From an uncultured delta proteobacterium (GTDB lineage: Bacteria; Myxococcota_A; Polyangia; Polyangiales; B10-G4): a stretch of DNA of 64,000 nucleotides. The notes beneath the pieces are model-generated. The model searched no databases, had not been told where the DNA came from, and was given only the letters and a program-made list of their open reading frames with translations. How positions within the stretch are numbered: the stretch's first letter is position 1; the number at the start of each line of letters is the position of its first letter. Shown here in pieces: positions 1 to 11,278 of this stretch. The stretch spans positions 64,001 to 128,000 of the forward strand of contig CAVSGI010000010.1 of the NCBI GenBank assembly GCA_963727445.1, read 5' to 3'. The position numbers and the translations under genes were made by a program.

Positions 1-594
1 CGATCGACCACCGGAAGAAGCGCCCGAACGCCTCGTCGTCATCGGCGCCTCCACCGGAGGTCCCACCGCGCTCCTCGAGGTCTTCAACCGTTTCCCGGCT
101 TCGGCCTCGGCGGCCCTCGTCGTCGCCCAGCACATGCCGGAACGATTCACCAAGACCTTCGCCGAGCGCCTGAACCGTCTGGGCAGCCTCTCGGTGAAGG
201 AGGCGACGGAAATCGCTCGGCTCGGGCCGCGTCAGGGATGGATCTGCCCAGGTGGTCAGTGCATCGAGGTGGTGAAGGCGACGGGCACGCTCTCGGTCCG
301 CGTCGTCAAGCCCGACGTCAGGACCGCTACGTTCCGTCGGTCGACCGCCTCTTCGAGAGCGCTGCGCGTGCGTATGGTGATCGCGTGATCGGCGTGGTCC
401 TCACCGGGATGGGCGACGACGGTGCGCGCGGGGCGTTGGCGATCAAGGAGGCCGGGGGTACGGTTCTGGCCGAAGCCCCGGAGACCGCCGTGATCTACGG
501 GATGCCGGGGGCCGCGGTCCGCGCGGGTGGGGTCGATCGCTCCCTGCCTCTGAGGGCGCTCGCGGAGCACTTGGGGACGCTGGTGGCCGAGTGA
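1..594 (+). CDS. cheB: Chemotaxis methylesterase CheB, C-terminal catalytic domain (5' partial, one frameshift near 320)
   Basis: VVIGASTGGP, VAQHMP, then in a second frame PSVDRLFES, GVVLTGMGDDGA, IYGMP: the CheB Ser-His-Asp triad motifs. Confidence 0.9.
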   Translation, partial: RSTTGRSARTPRRHRRLHRRSHRAPRGLQPFPGFGLGGPRRRPAHAGTIHQDLRRAPEPSGQPLGEGGDGNRSARAASGMDLPRWSVHRGGEGDGHALGPRRQARRQDRYVPSVDRLFESAARAYGDRVIGVVLTGMGDDGARGALAIKEAGGTVLAEAPETAVIYGMPGAAVRAGGVDRSLPLRALAEHLGTLVAE

Positions 595-640
595 GATTGA
601 TGGTTCAAGGTCAACGATTCTGGTACCTTCTGCGTTCTCG

Positions 641-1531
641 ATGAGCGACGAGGCGCAAAGCGGAGGGGGCCAGCGGGCCAGCGACGTGCCCATGGATCTC
701 GTCAAGGAGCGGGAGACGTTCGTCCGCTCTTTCTTGAAGCGGGGCGTCGAGCTCACCGAGGAGCTCCTCGGTGAGAACGAAGAGCTGCGCGCCGAGCTCG
801 AGCGACTTCGCGAGGAGAACCTGCGCCTGAGGGCTCAGGTGGCCAGCGACGACGCGATGCGTGACTTCATGACCAAGGTCGAGGCGCTGGAGGCGGAGAA
901 GGAGAAGCTCCTGGCGCAGACCGATGAGCTTCGCGAGGTCAACGTTCACGAGGTCAGTCGCTTCGCGGAGGTGGAGAGCGAGCTCAACGACCTCGCCAAC
1001 CTCTACATCGCCGCCTATCAGCTCCACGCCAGCCTCTCGGTGCGGCGGGTCCTCAGGCACGTCCAGGACATGCTGGGCCAGCTCATGGGTGCGTACGCCT
1101 TCGCCATCTACGTGGTGGGTTCCGATGGCCGGACGGCGGAGCTGCTCGCGCAGGAGAACCTCGACGACGAGGCGCTGCCGCCGATCGAGGTCGGGGACGG
1201 CCCGGCGGGGGTCGCGCTTCTCACCGGGGTGGCCAAGATCCCCGAGACCATCGTTCCGGGAACCGTGGAGCAGCCTTTCGCGGTGGTCCCGCTGATGGTG
1301 GGGGATCGGGCGATCGGCGTGGTTTCGATCGTCACGATGCTCGAGCAGAAGCAGCGTTGGGCAACGGTGGATTCGGAGCTGTTCAAGTTGATCGGCGAGC
1401 ACGCCGGGCCGGCGCTGATCGCCGCCAACCTCTACGCGGGAGCCGAAGGGGCGCTCTCCGCGCTCGACGATCTCAGAGACAACCTTCAGAAGCGCGGTGC
1501 CAGCATGATGCCGGTCGCCGAGGGGGAGTGA
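641..1531 (+). CDS. Coiled-coil plus GAF domain protein of the che cluster
   Basis: N-terminal Glu/Leu heptads, C-terminal GAF-like segment (AVVPLMVGDRAIGVV...DSELFKLIGEHAGPAL); lies between cheB and a cheY-like gene. Confidence 0.75.
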   Translation: MSDEAQSGGGQRASDVPMDLVKERETFVRSFLKRGVELTEELLGENEELRAELERLREENLRLRAQVASDDAMRDFMTKVEALEAEKEKLLAQTDELREVNVHEVSRFAEVESELNDLANLYIAAYQLHASLSVRRVLRHVQDMLGQLMGAYAFAIYVVGSDGRTAELLAQENLDDEALPPIEVGDGPAGVALLTGVAKIPETIVPGTVEQPFAVVPLMVGDRAIGVVSIVTMLEQKQRWATVDSELFKLIGEHAGPALIAANLYAGAEGALSALDDLRDNLQKRGASMMPVAEGE

Positions 1532-1542
1532 GCGAGCGGACC

Positions 1543-1917
1543 ATGGCTGAATACACCTGCCTAGTCGTCGAGGACTCTCCCATGATGCGCCAGCTGCTCG
1601 TGTTCGCGCTGGCGCGCATCAAGGAGCTCACGGTCACCGAGGCCGAAGACGGCGTCGATGGCCTCCGCAAGCTCGCCCAGGCGCGCTTCGACCTGGTCAT
1701 CACCGACATCAACATGCCGATCATGGACGGCCTGAAGCTGGTCAAGCGCATCCGTAGTGACGAGACCCACAAGGACGTCCCGATCATCATCATCACCACC
1801 GAGGGCAGCTCCGAGGATCGCGCGCGTGCCATGGCGCTCGGCGCGAACGCCTACATCACCAAGCCGATTCAGGCGCCTCAGGTGATCGCGCAGGTCAAGG
1901 AGCTCCTGTCGGTCTGA
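1543..1917 (+). CDS. Single-domain response regulator (CheY-like)
   Basis: LVVEDS, DLVITDINMPIMDG, ITTEG, YITKP receiver motifs; ATG at 1543. Confidence 0.9.
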   Translation: MAEYTCLVVEDSPMMRQLLVFALARIKELTVTEAEDGVDGLRKLAQARFDLVITDINMPIMDGLKLVKRIRSDETHKDVPIIIITTEGSSEDRARAMALGANAYITKPIQAPQVIAQVKELLSV

Positions 1918-1921
1918 AGAC

Positions 1922-2572
1922 ATGACGAGCCGCTGGCCGGGGACCGACGACGGCGAGCAGGTGCTCGTGAAGGTCTGCGGCGTGCGCACCGTCGCCGATG
2001 CAGAGATGTGCGCGCGAGAAGGCGTGGACGCCATCGGGCTCAACTTCTGGTCCGGCTCGTCTCGGAAGGTCGATGCCGCGGAGGCCACGCGGATCGTGGA
2101 GGCGGTCGCCGATCGCGTCGCGGTGGTCGGGCTCTTCGTCGACGCCCCGCCGGCCGAGATCCGCGCGCTTCGGTCGCAGGTGGGCTTCGAGTGGATTCAG
2201 CTTCACGGCACCGAGTCGCCGCAGATGGTCGCGGCGCTCGGGCCTCGGGCTTTCAAGGCGCTTCGCGTCGCTGATCGCGACGTCTCCCAGGAGGCCGCGC
2301 GCTATGGCGGGGCGCTGATCCTCCTCGACGCCTTCGTCGCCGGGCGGCCAGGAGGGACCGGGCAGCGATTCGATTGGCGCCTGGCGAACGCGCTGGCGAC
2401 GGAGCGTCCGGTGGTGCTCGCCGGCGGTCTCGACGCCGACAACGTAGCGACAGCGATTCGCGAGGTCCGCCCGCGCGCAGTGGACGTGGCGAGCGGAGTG
2501 GAGTCGACACCGGGCGTGAAGGAGCCTCGGAAGGTGGCGGCATTCGTAGCGGCTGCGCGTCGCGCGGTGTAG
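1922..2572 (+). CDS. trpF: Phosphoribosylanthranilate isomerase
   Basis: VKVCGV, IQLHGTE, LLDA...[17 protein letters not shown] motifs; upstream of trpBA. Confidence 0.95.
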   Translation: MTSRWPGTDDGEQVLVKVCGVRTVADAEMCAREGVDAIGLNFWSGSSRKVDAAEATRIVEAVADRVAVVGLFVDAPPAEIRALRSQVGFEWIQLHGTESPQMVAALGPRAFKALRVADRDVSQEAARYGGALILLDAFVAGRPGGTGQRFDWRLANALATERPVVLAGGLDADNVATAIREVRPRAVDVASGVESTPGVKEPRKVAAFVAAARRAV

Positions 2573-2583
2573 CTTTCGGGGCG

Positions 2584-3773
<1,190 letters not shown>

Positions 3774-3774
<1 letters not shown>

Positions 3775-4580
3775 TGGCTTCCCCCATCGCCCAGGCCTTC
3801 GCCGCTGCCCGGGACGAAGAGCGCGCCGCGCTCGTCATCTATCTGTGCGCGGGCGATCCCGATCTCGACACCACGGTGGAGCTGGTGGTGGCCGCGGCGG
3901 AAGCGGGCGCGGACGTGATCGAGCTCGGCGTCCCTTTCAGCGATCCCACCGCCGACGGGATCGCCATCCAAAGGGCGAGCGAGCGCGCGCTCGCTGCGGG
4001 GACCACCTTCGCTGGTGTCCTCGATGCGGTCCGGAAGATCCGAGCGCGGACCGAGGTGCCGATCCTCCTCTTCGGCTACTACAATCCGCTCCTGACCTAC
4101 GGCGAGGAGCGCGCGGTGCGGGACGCCAAGGCCGCCGGCGCGCAGGGCTTCTTGGTGGTCGACCTTCCCCCCGAGGAGTGCGCGCCCCTCTACGAGCCGG
4201 CGGTGGCGGCCGGGATGGACTTCGTTCCCCTGGTCGCCCCCACCAGCACTCCCTCTCGCGTCGAAGCCGCCAGTGAGGTGGCGACCGCCTTCGTCTACTA
4301 CGTCTCCCTCACCGGCGTGACCGGGGCCAAAGCGGTGGCGCTCGGAGAGGCCGCCGGCCGCGCCAAGGCGCTATCCGAGCGCATCGGCCGTCCCGTGGCG
4401 CTCGGATTCGGCGTGAAGACCCCCGAGGACGCTGCCACCGTCGGCCGTCAGGCGGACGGAGTGGTGGTGGGGAGCGCGGTGGTCACAGCGGTGCACGAAG
4501 CCCCCGACACCGAAGCGAAGCTATCGGCCATCCGCACGCTGGTTTCGGGGCTCTCGGCGGCGGTGCGCGACGCCCGATAG
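3774..4580 (+). CDS. trpA: Tryptophan synthase alpha chain
   Basis: GDPD, IELGVPFSDPTADG, YYNP, VDLPPEE, YYVSLTGVTG, DGVVVGSA; coupled to the trpB stop. Confidence 0.97.
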
Positions 4581-4634
4581 CCCTTTTTTCACAGGGGACC
4601 AATCCGGATCGCGGGGTGGCTCGTAGGCACCCAC

Positions 4635-7282
4635 ATGGTCCCACCCCGCCATACCGCCGTCGTCCTCCTCCCCTTCTTCCTCGCGTTCGCCGCCTGTGCG
4701 CCGGCCGAGCCGGATCCCACCGACCCAGGCGCAGCGCGTGACTGCGAAGCCCTCCTCGCCGATTGGGACGCCGAACAAAGCACCCCCGAACCCGACGCCG
4801 TCCCGGTGGTGCTCGACGCCAGCGCTCTTCACGACGGGCTGAACGGGCGGACGCGCGCCGCGATCGACGGGGATCCGAGCACCGTCGAGTCCCTCGACGT
4901 GGGCGCGAGCCTGGTGCTCCGTCTCGACGAGCCCGAGCGCGTTCGCGCTCTGCGGTACGTGCCCGCGGCGGGTCGGGCCGCGGTGACCGACTTCCGCGTC
5001 TACGTCTCGCCAACGCCGGATTGCTGGGGCGAGCCCGCCGCGGTGGGCCGCTTCGACGGAAGCGACGTCGCGCAGGAGGTGACGGTCGGGGGACGTGCGG
5101 GGCGTTTCCTCCGCTTCGACGTCGTGGGCGCCTCGGAGGGAAGCACCCGCGCGGGGATCGGCGATCTCGTCCTGGTCGTCGGGGCCCGCGTGATCTCGAG
5201 CCCCGAGCCGCGCGCCATCGTGGGGGTGGCCTGGCAGTACCAGACCCAGGTCTCTCTGCCCGGCAACGAAGCGCTGGCGTTCGAGGTGGCGACTGGGCCG
5301 ACGGCGATGACGGTGGACGACCACGGCATCGTGCGTTGGACGCCCGCTGCCGGAGACGAGGGGACGCACGACGTGGTGCTGCGCACGACGCGCGGCCCGG
5401 CCGAGCTCGAGCAGAGCTTCACCCTCACCGTCGCCGGGCTTCGGACGGTCGGCAGTGCGTCGGTTCCCGCGGGGGGCGGCACGGTCGTCGTGGACACCTC
5501 CTCGGGTGGCATGGGGCCGACCGAGGTCGAGGTGACCGTCGATGACGCGTCCGCGCCCGCCGGCACCGTCGAGATCATGGCCGTCGACGGCGAGACCGCG
5601 GGCGGGCCGACCGAGCTGAGGCCCCTCGGCGTGCCCTTCGTGGTCGACTCGGACCTCCCCGATGGGACGCGCATCCACGTGCGCGTGGACCTCCGCGGCG
5701 TCGCCGGGCTGCCTGCCGACCATCCAGAGGATTCGGTGTTCGTGACCACCTATCCGCGGAATTACCTCGCGGACGGCCCGGGGGCGGTGAACGCCTTCGG
5801 CTTCTTGCCCATGCAGAAGGCTCCCGCCGAGGCGTCGTGGGACACCGAAGCCGGCAAGCACGAGGTCTTCCAGGTCAACGAGGGCGAATCCGTCGTCTAC
5901 ACCACCGACGAGTTCACCATCATCTACATGCTCGACATGGGCGACAGCACCGAGATGGCGATGAGCCACCTCCGGCGCATTGGCAACCACGTCGTCGCCG
6001 CGCGCGAGTACTTCGCGGGCCACGGGTGCACCCCGCGACCGAATCAGCCGGTGATCATCCATGCGCTCTCTGGCGCGGTGGGGCAGGTCGACCAGACCGC
6101 GCTGGTGCTGGAGCTCGACAAGAACCACGTCGACGGTGATCCCGATACTTCGGTTCGCTCGACGGTGGCCCACGAGCTCTTCCACGTCTATCAGATCGCC
6201 GCGCTCGACGGCGGGAGCTACCCGCTCTCGGAGTTCTGGTGGATCGAAGGGACCGCGGCCTACATGGAGGACGAGGTCTTCGACACCAACGACTGGCTGA
6301 ACTTCTACGGGCCCTTCGACGGATCGAATCTCCCGGCGGGCTCTGGAGGACCAGTCGAACTACTACAACTCGATGGTCTACATGAAGTCGCTCAAGGCCC
6401 AGCGCGGCTTCAACGCCTGCGACATGATCCCCGCCTACGGGGAGACGGGAGAGGGGCTCGCGGCTCTTTCGAACGTGGTCGGTGGTGACAGCGTTCGTCT
6501 TCAGACCTACGCGACCTTCATCGCCGCGTGGAATCACGTGCGAACCGCCGACGTCCTCGACGACAGCGACGTGTTCTTCTCGTCCAGCAAGAGCGAGTTC
6601 GTCGACGAGGTCCGAGGCAACCTCTCCGCCGAGGGCTACCGCGAGTACACCTGGCAGAAGAAGACGCGCAACCCCGCGGGCGGGGAGTCGGCGCGGCTCG
6701 TCCTCGAGGAGGAGGGGACCCTCGAGATCGAGGTGCGAAAGCCGATGAGCGACTTCCTCCTCTACGTCTACGACGACAACCACGAGCAGATCGGGCAGGT
6801 CGCTGCCGGAGACGGAATGCTCAGCCTCGAGGTCAGCGGCGAGGCGATCTACCTCGACATGGGCATCGTCCAGGGGAGCGCGGGCGTCGATATCGACGTC
6901 TTCGCCCGCATCATGGCGGCGGAGCAGTGCGCCTCCTCCGGCGCGCCCTGCAGCGGCTCAGGCTCGGAGTTCGACGACGAGTGCTGCGGCGACCAGATCT
7001 GCGTCGTCGGCGCGTGCCGCCCGAACACCGGCGGTCGGGAGCGAGCGAGCTGCACCGACGCCCTGGGCTGCGCCTCCGGGCTGGCCTGTGACGAGGTGGG
7101 CTCGGCCGAGGCGTCGCCCACCTGCTGCGCGCGGGACACGGAGTACTGCGTGGCGAAGGAGGACTGCTGCGGCCTGACGGAACTGCGTCGAAAACCGCTG
7201 CGTCGGCCGCACCTCTGGCGAGTCCTGTCTCGATGGCGACTGCGTCGGCGTCAGCTTCTGTGACGACGGAACGTGCAGCTGA
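4635..7282 (+). CDS. Large secreted lipoprotein: discoidin-like and Ig-like domains, HExxH metallopeptidase, Cys-rich tail (frameshifts near 6350 and 7180)
   Basis: Lipobox FAAC; AAIDGDPST (F5/8-like); VRWTP Ig/cadherin-like repeat; VAHELFHVYQ plus WWIEGTAAYMED gluzincin motif; ORFs 4635-6488 and 6373-7263 join and a Cys-rich end reads to TGA at 7282. Confidence 0.65.
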
Positions 7283-7292
7283 GGGGCGCCGA

Positions 7293-8387
7293 TCAGGTGG
7301 CGCGGATGTGAACCGGGAGGCGCCGGGCGCCCCAGCTCCCCTTCTTCGGGGCGAAGCGCCCGGCGAGCGCGGTGCCACACCGGTTGCACTTGCCGTCGGC
7401 GTCGAGGTTCCACTCGCCCAGCTGATACCAGTCGCGCTCGATGAGGAGCTGGCCGCACGATGCGCAGAAGGTCGATTGACCACCTGGGTCGTGGACGTTG
7501 CCGGTGTAGACGTGCGCGAGGCCGTGCGCCTTGGCGATCCTGCGCGCGCGCGTGAGCGTCTCCGGCGGGGTGGCCGGGATGTCGCGCATCTTGAAGTCCG
7601 GATGGAAGGCGCTGAAGTGGAGCGGCGTCTCGGTGCCGAGGTTCTCGGCGAACCAGCTGGCGAGGCGAGCGAGCTCGTCGTCGCTGTCGTTCTGCCCCGG
7701 GATGATGAGCGTGGTCACCTCGAGCCAGACGTCCGTCTCGTCGTGGATCCACTTCAGCGTGTCGAGAACCGGCTCCAAATGAGCGAAGCAGAGCTTCTGG
7801 TAGAACTGGTCGGTGAAGGCCTTGAGGTCCACGTTCACTGCGTCGAGGTGCTCGTAGAAGGCTCCGCGCGCCTCCTCGGTGATGTAGCCGGCGGTGACCG
7901 CGACGTTCTCGATCCCCTCGGCGTGCGCCGCCTCGGCGGTGTCGATGGCGAACTCGGCGAAGATCACCGGGTCGTTGTAGGTGTAAGCGATCGACGTGCA
8001 CCCGGTGTCTTTGGCGGCCTGGACGATGGCTTCGGGCATCGCCAGGTCCTGCAGGCGGTCCATCTCCTTCGCCTTGCTGATGTCCCAGTTCTGGCAGAAC
8101 TTGCAGCCGAGATTGCACCCGGCCGTCCCGAAGCTGAGCACGCTGGTGCCCGGATAGAAGTGGTTGAGGGGCTTCTTCTCGATGGGATCGATGCAGAAAC
8201 CCGAGGCCCGACCGTAGCTCGTGAGCACCACCTCGCCGCCGCGGTTCTGCCGGATGAAGCAGAACCCACGCTGCCCATCCTTGAGCTTGCAGTAACGCGG
8301 GCAGAGGTCGCATTGCACGCGCCCATCGATTGTGTGCCACCACTGTCCTCGGACCACGCCGGGGGCGATCATGTCTCGCTTGGTCAT
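7293..8387 (-). CDS. amrS: AmmeMemoRadiSam system radical SAM enzyme
   Basis: CDLCPRYC, DPIEKKPLNHFYPG, GCNLGCKFCQNWDIS (CxxxCxxC), YTYNDP, HFSAFHP, YTGNVHD. Confidence 0.9.
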   Translation of the reverse strand: MTKRDMIAPGVVRGQWWHTIDGRVQCDLCPRYCKLKDGQRGFCFIRQNRGGEVVLTSYGRASGFCIDPIEKKPLNHFYPGTSVLSFGTAGCNLGCKFCQNWDISKAKEMDRLQDLAMPEAIVQAAKDTGCTSIAYTYNDPVIFAEFAIDTAEAAHAEGIENVAVTAGYITEEARGAFYEHLDAVNVDLKAFTDQFYQKLCFAHLEPVLDTLKWIHDETDVWLEVTTLIIPGQNDSDDELARLASWFAENLGTETPLHFSAFHPDFKMRDIPATPPETLTRARRIAKAHGLAHVYTGNVHDPGGQSTFCASCGQLLIERDWYQLGEWNLDADGKCNRCGTALAGRFAPKKGSWGARRLPVHIRAT

Positions 8388-8884
8388 GACGTACCTCCGC
8401 GTCGCTCGCGGTCGGCGTCGCGACCGAGCGCAATGCTCGCCGCCTTCTTCACGGCGTCGCGTACGTCGTCGTCCCCGACCCGGCCCAGCTCTCGAGCGAG
8501 CTCCTCGGGGAGCGAAGCGACGGGTACGGCGGGTGGGGGCGGCGGCGCGGGCCGCGGTCTCGGTGGTCCGGGCGGCAGGCGGCCGACCTTGACCTTGAGG
8601 CGCCTGACGCCGCTGCGAGGCGCGAGCTTCTTGAGCGAGGCGAGGAGCTGCGGCGCGAGGAGATCGATCTCCTGCGCCCACACGGTGGTCACGGCGTGCA
8701 CCACGAGGGTCCCCCGGATCAAGGCCACCGGCCGCGCGTTCTTCGCCACGCGCTCCGGAACCGCCTGGTCCCAGAAGCCGAAAGCGCGGATGGCCTTGAC
8801 GTCGTCGGGCTCTTTCGACGGATAGACGTCGGAAACCAGCGCGGAGATCGCCTTGGGCTCACCTGGTTTTCTACGTCGGGCCAC
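8384..8884 (-). CDS. DUF721/DciA-family protein
   Basis: W..AVPERVAKNARPVALIRGTLVVHAVTTVWAQEI pattern with a Pro-rich tail; overlaps the amrS start. Confidence 0.7.
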   Translation of the reverse strand: MARRRKPGEPKAISALVSDVYPSKEPDDVKAIRAFGFWDQAVPERVAKNARPVALIRGTLVVHAVTTVWAQEIDLLAPQLLASLKKLAPRSGVRRLKVKVGRLPPGPPRPRPAPPPPPAVPVASLPEELARELGRVGDDDVRDAVKKAASIALGRDADRERRGGTS

Positions 8885-8966
8885 CTGTACCAGGTAATCC
8901 CGACCAATCGCGCTGTCCAGCGTACGACCCCACTCAGGGTCGTGTATAAGCTCACCTTCCGTCCCG

Positions 8967-10103
8967 ATGGACAGCCTCGCCGACACCGACGACGCCGTGA
9001 AAGACGTGATCGCGCGCATGCGCCGCGCGCGCCGAGTCGCCCTCGACGTGGAAGGGGATGGCCTCTTTCGCTACCGGGCCCAGCTCTGCACCGTCCAGCT
9101 CTGCGCCGATGAGGACGTGGCGATCATCGATACCCTGGCCACCGATCCGCGTCTCCTCTCTCCCCTCGTCGAGGACGCCTCGATCATCAAGATCGTTCAC
9201 GATGCGTCCTTCGACGTGCGCTTGCTCCGGGAAGCGGGCGTGGGCTTCGCCGGGCTCTTCGACACCTCGGTCGCCGCACGGTTTCTGGGCGAGCCCGCCA
9301 CCGGCCTCGCGTCGCTCCTGCAAAAGCACCTCGACGTGAAGCTGAAGAAGGAAAAGCAGCACGCCGACTGGGGGCGAAGGCCGATCGACGAGGAGAGCCT
9401 GTCGTATCTGGAAAACGACGTGATGTACCTCGAGGAGCTGGCGGACGTGCTCGAAGAGGCGGCCGAGAAGAAGGGGATCCTCGACGAAATCCTCACCGAG
9501 TCCAGCTGGGTGGTGGGAAACGCCGACGGTGACGTCGTCGACGACCGGCCGCCGTGGGTGCGTATCAAGGGCGCCTTCGACCTCACGCCCGCCGACCAGG
9601 CCGTGCTGCGGGAGGTGGCGCTGGCGCGAGAAAAGGCCGCCGAGCGAATGAACGTGCCGCCCTTCAAGGTGGTCCGAAACGACGTCTTGATGGAGCTGGC
9701 TCAAAGGAAGCCCAAGGATCACCACCAGGCGCTGAAGATCCGCGGCCTCGACCGGGGCAGGGCGCGGCGCATGGCGCGCGAGATGGTGTCGGCCATCAAG
9801 CGGGGCCTGCGCGAAAAGGCCCCTCCGAAGGAGGAGCTCCCGCGGCGCACGCCGGCCCCGCCTCCGGCCGAGCGAGATCGCCAGAAGCGCCTGCACAAGG
9901 GCTTGTCACGCTGGCGGAAGAAGAAGGCGGCGGAGCGCGAGGTGGACCCCCAGGTGATCCTGCCGGGCCACTGTCTTTCGGACCTCGTCGCAAAGCAGCC
10001 GGGCTCCGCGGAGGAGCTCGGGGCCATCGCTGGCTTCGGTGACTTCCGCGTCGAGCGCTACGGCGAGTCCTTGCTCGAGATCATCCGCGGCGCTTCGAAG
10101 TAG
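8967..10103 (+). CDS. rnd: Ribonuclease D (DEDDy exonuclease plus HRDC domains)
   Basis: VALDVEG, KIVHDASFD, FDTSVAARFLG, ADWGRRP, REKAAERMNVPPFKVV. Confidence 0.9.
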   Translation: MDSLADTDDAVKDVIARMRRARRVALDVEGDGLFRYRAQLCTVQLCADEDVAIIDTLATDPRLLSPLVEDASIIKIVHDASFDVRLLREAGVGFAGLFDTSVAARFLGEPATGLASLLQKHLDVKLKKEKQHADWGRRPIDEESLSYLENDVMYLEELADVLEEAAEKKGILDEILTESSWVVGNADGDVVDDRPPWVRIKGAFDLTPADQAVLREVALAREKAAERMNVPPFKVVRNDVLMELAQRKPKDHHQALKIRGLDRGRARRMAREMVSAIKRGLREKAPPKEELPRRTPAPPPAERDRQKRLHKGLSRWRKKKAAEREVDPQVILPGHCLSDLVAKQPGSAEELGAIAGFGDFRVERYGESLLEIIRGASK

Positions 10104-10110
10104 GCGCCGA

Positions 10111-11262
10111 TCACATGCTGGCTTTGTAGAGCGCCAGCATGTCCTCCTCGGTGCACGGCCGAGGATTGAGCTGATGGCAGGCGTCCTCCATCGCGAGCTT
10201 GGCGAGCTTGTCGAGGGATTCCTCCTCGACGCCCGCGGCGCTCAGCCCTTCGGGCAGCCCCACCTTGCGGCGAAGCGCACGCAGGGCGCCGGCGCACTCG
10301 AAGGCGAGGGTCTCTTCGTCGTCGCCGCGAACGCCCAGGATCCGGGCGATGGTGGCGATGCGCTTGGGGATGGTGCTGCGGTTGAAGTCCAACACCGCCG
10401 GCAGGCAGAGCGCGTTGGCGAGCCCGTGATGCAGATGCGATTCCGCCGACAGGGGGTGCGCCAGCGAGTGACAGGCGCCCAGGCCCTTCTGGAAGGCGAC
10501 GGCGCCCATCATCGCGGCCTTCATCATGTTGCCGCGCGCTTTGATGTCCCGCGAGTCGGAGACGACCTTGTCGAGGGAGCGCACCGTGAGCTTGATGCCC
10601 GACAGGGCGATGGCGTCGGCCATCGGGTGGTCGCCCTGCGCGCAGTAGGCCTCGATGCAGTGGGTGAGGGCGTCGAAGCCCGTCGCGGCGGTGATCTTCG
10701 GCGGCATGGAGACCGTGAGCTGCGGGTCGAGGATCGCCACGTTGGGCATGAGCTTCGGCGAGAAGATGACCGTCTTCCTATTCGTCTCCTCGATGGTCAC
10801 CACGCCGCTGCGGCCGACCTCGGAGCCGGTGCCCGCGGTGGTCGGGACCGCGATCATCGGCGGCACCTGTCCGGTGATCTTCGCGTCGCCACCGATGGCG
10901 TCGTCGTACTGCGCCACCGGTCCGGGATGGGTCGCCATCAGGCGAACGAGCTTGGCGACGTCGAGCGGGCTTCCGCCGCCCACGGCGACGACCAGGTCGG
11001 CGCCAGCGTCCCCGAAGGCTTCGGTCGCCGCCGAGAGCTCCTTCTCGAGCGGGTTCGAGGAGATGCCGTCGAAGACGACGGCCTCGATCCCCTCTGCGGA
11101 CAGGCCCTTCTCCACCGGCGTGACGAGGCCGGCCTCGACCACCCCCGGGTCCGCCACGATGAGCGCCTTCGTCGCGCCCAGGCCTTTGGCTTCGGCGCCG
11201 ATGGTCTCGATCGACCCGTCACCGAACACGATTCGCGTCGGGAAGCTCCACACCGTCGTCAT
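10111..11262 (-). CDS. Iron-containing alcohol dehydrogenase
   Basis: GGGSPLDVAK, PTTAGTGSE, GFDALTHCIE, GACHSLAH, HHGLANA metal-binding motifs. Confidence 0.93.
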   Translation of the reverse strand: MTTVWSFPTRIVFGDGSIETIGAEAKGLGATKALIVADPGVVEAGLVTPVEKGLSAEGIEAVVFDGISSNPLEKELSAATEAFGDAGADLVVAVGGGSPLDVAKLVRLMATHPGPVAQYDDAIGGDAKITGQVPPMIAVPTTAGTGSEVGRSGVVTIEETNRKTVIFSPKLMPNVAILDPQLTVSMPPKITAATGFDALTHCIEAYCAQGDHPMADAIALSGIKLTVRSLDKVVSDSRDIKARGNMMKAAMMGAVAFQKGLGACHSLAHPLSAESHLHHGLANALCLPAVLDFNRSTIPKRIATIARILGVRGDDEETLAFECAGALRALRRKVGLPEGLSAAGVEEESLDKLAKLAMEDACHQLNPRPCTEEDMLALYKASM

Positions 11263-11278
11263 CGACTCATCTCCAGTG

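Noticed and set aside
7293..8884. dciA-amrS coupling as a novel system
   Set aside because: Both are known widespread families, amrA and amrB are often unlinked, and nothing beyond adjacency supports a functional link.
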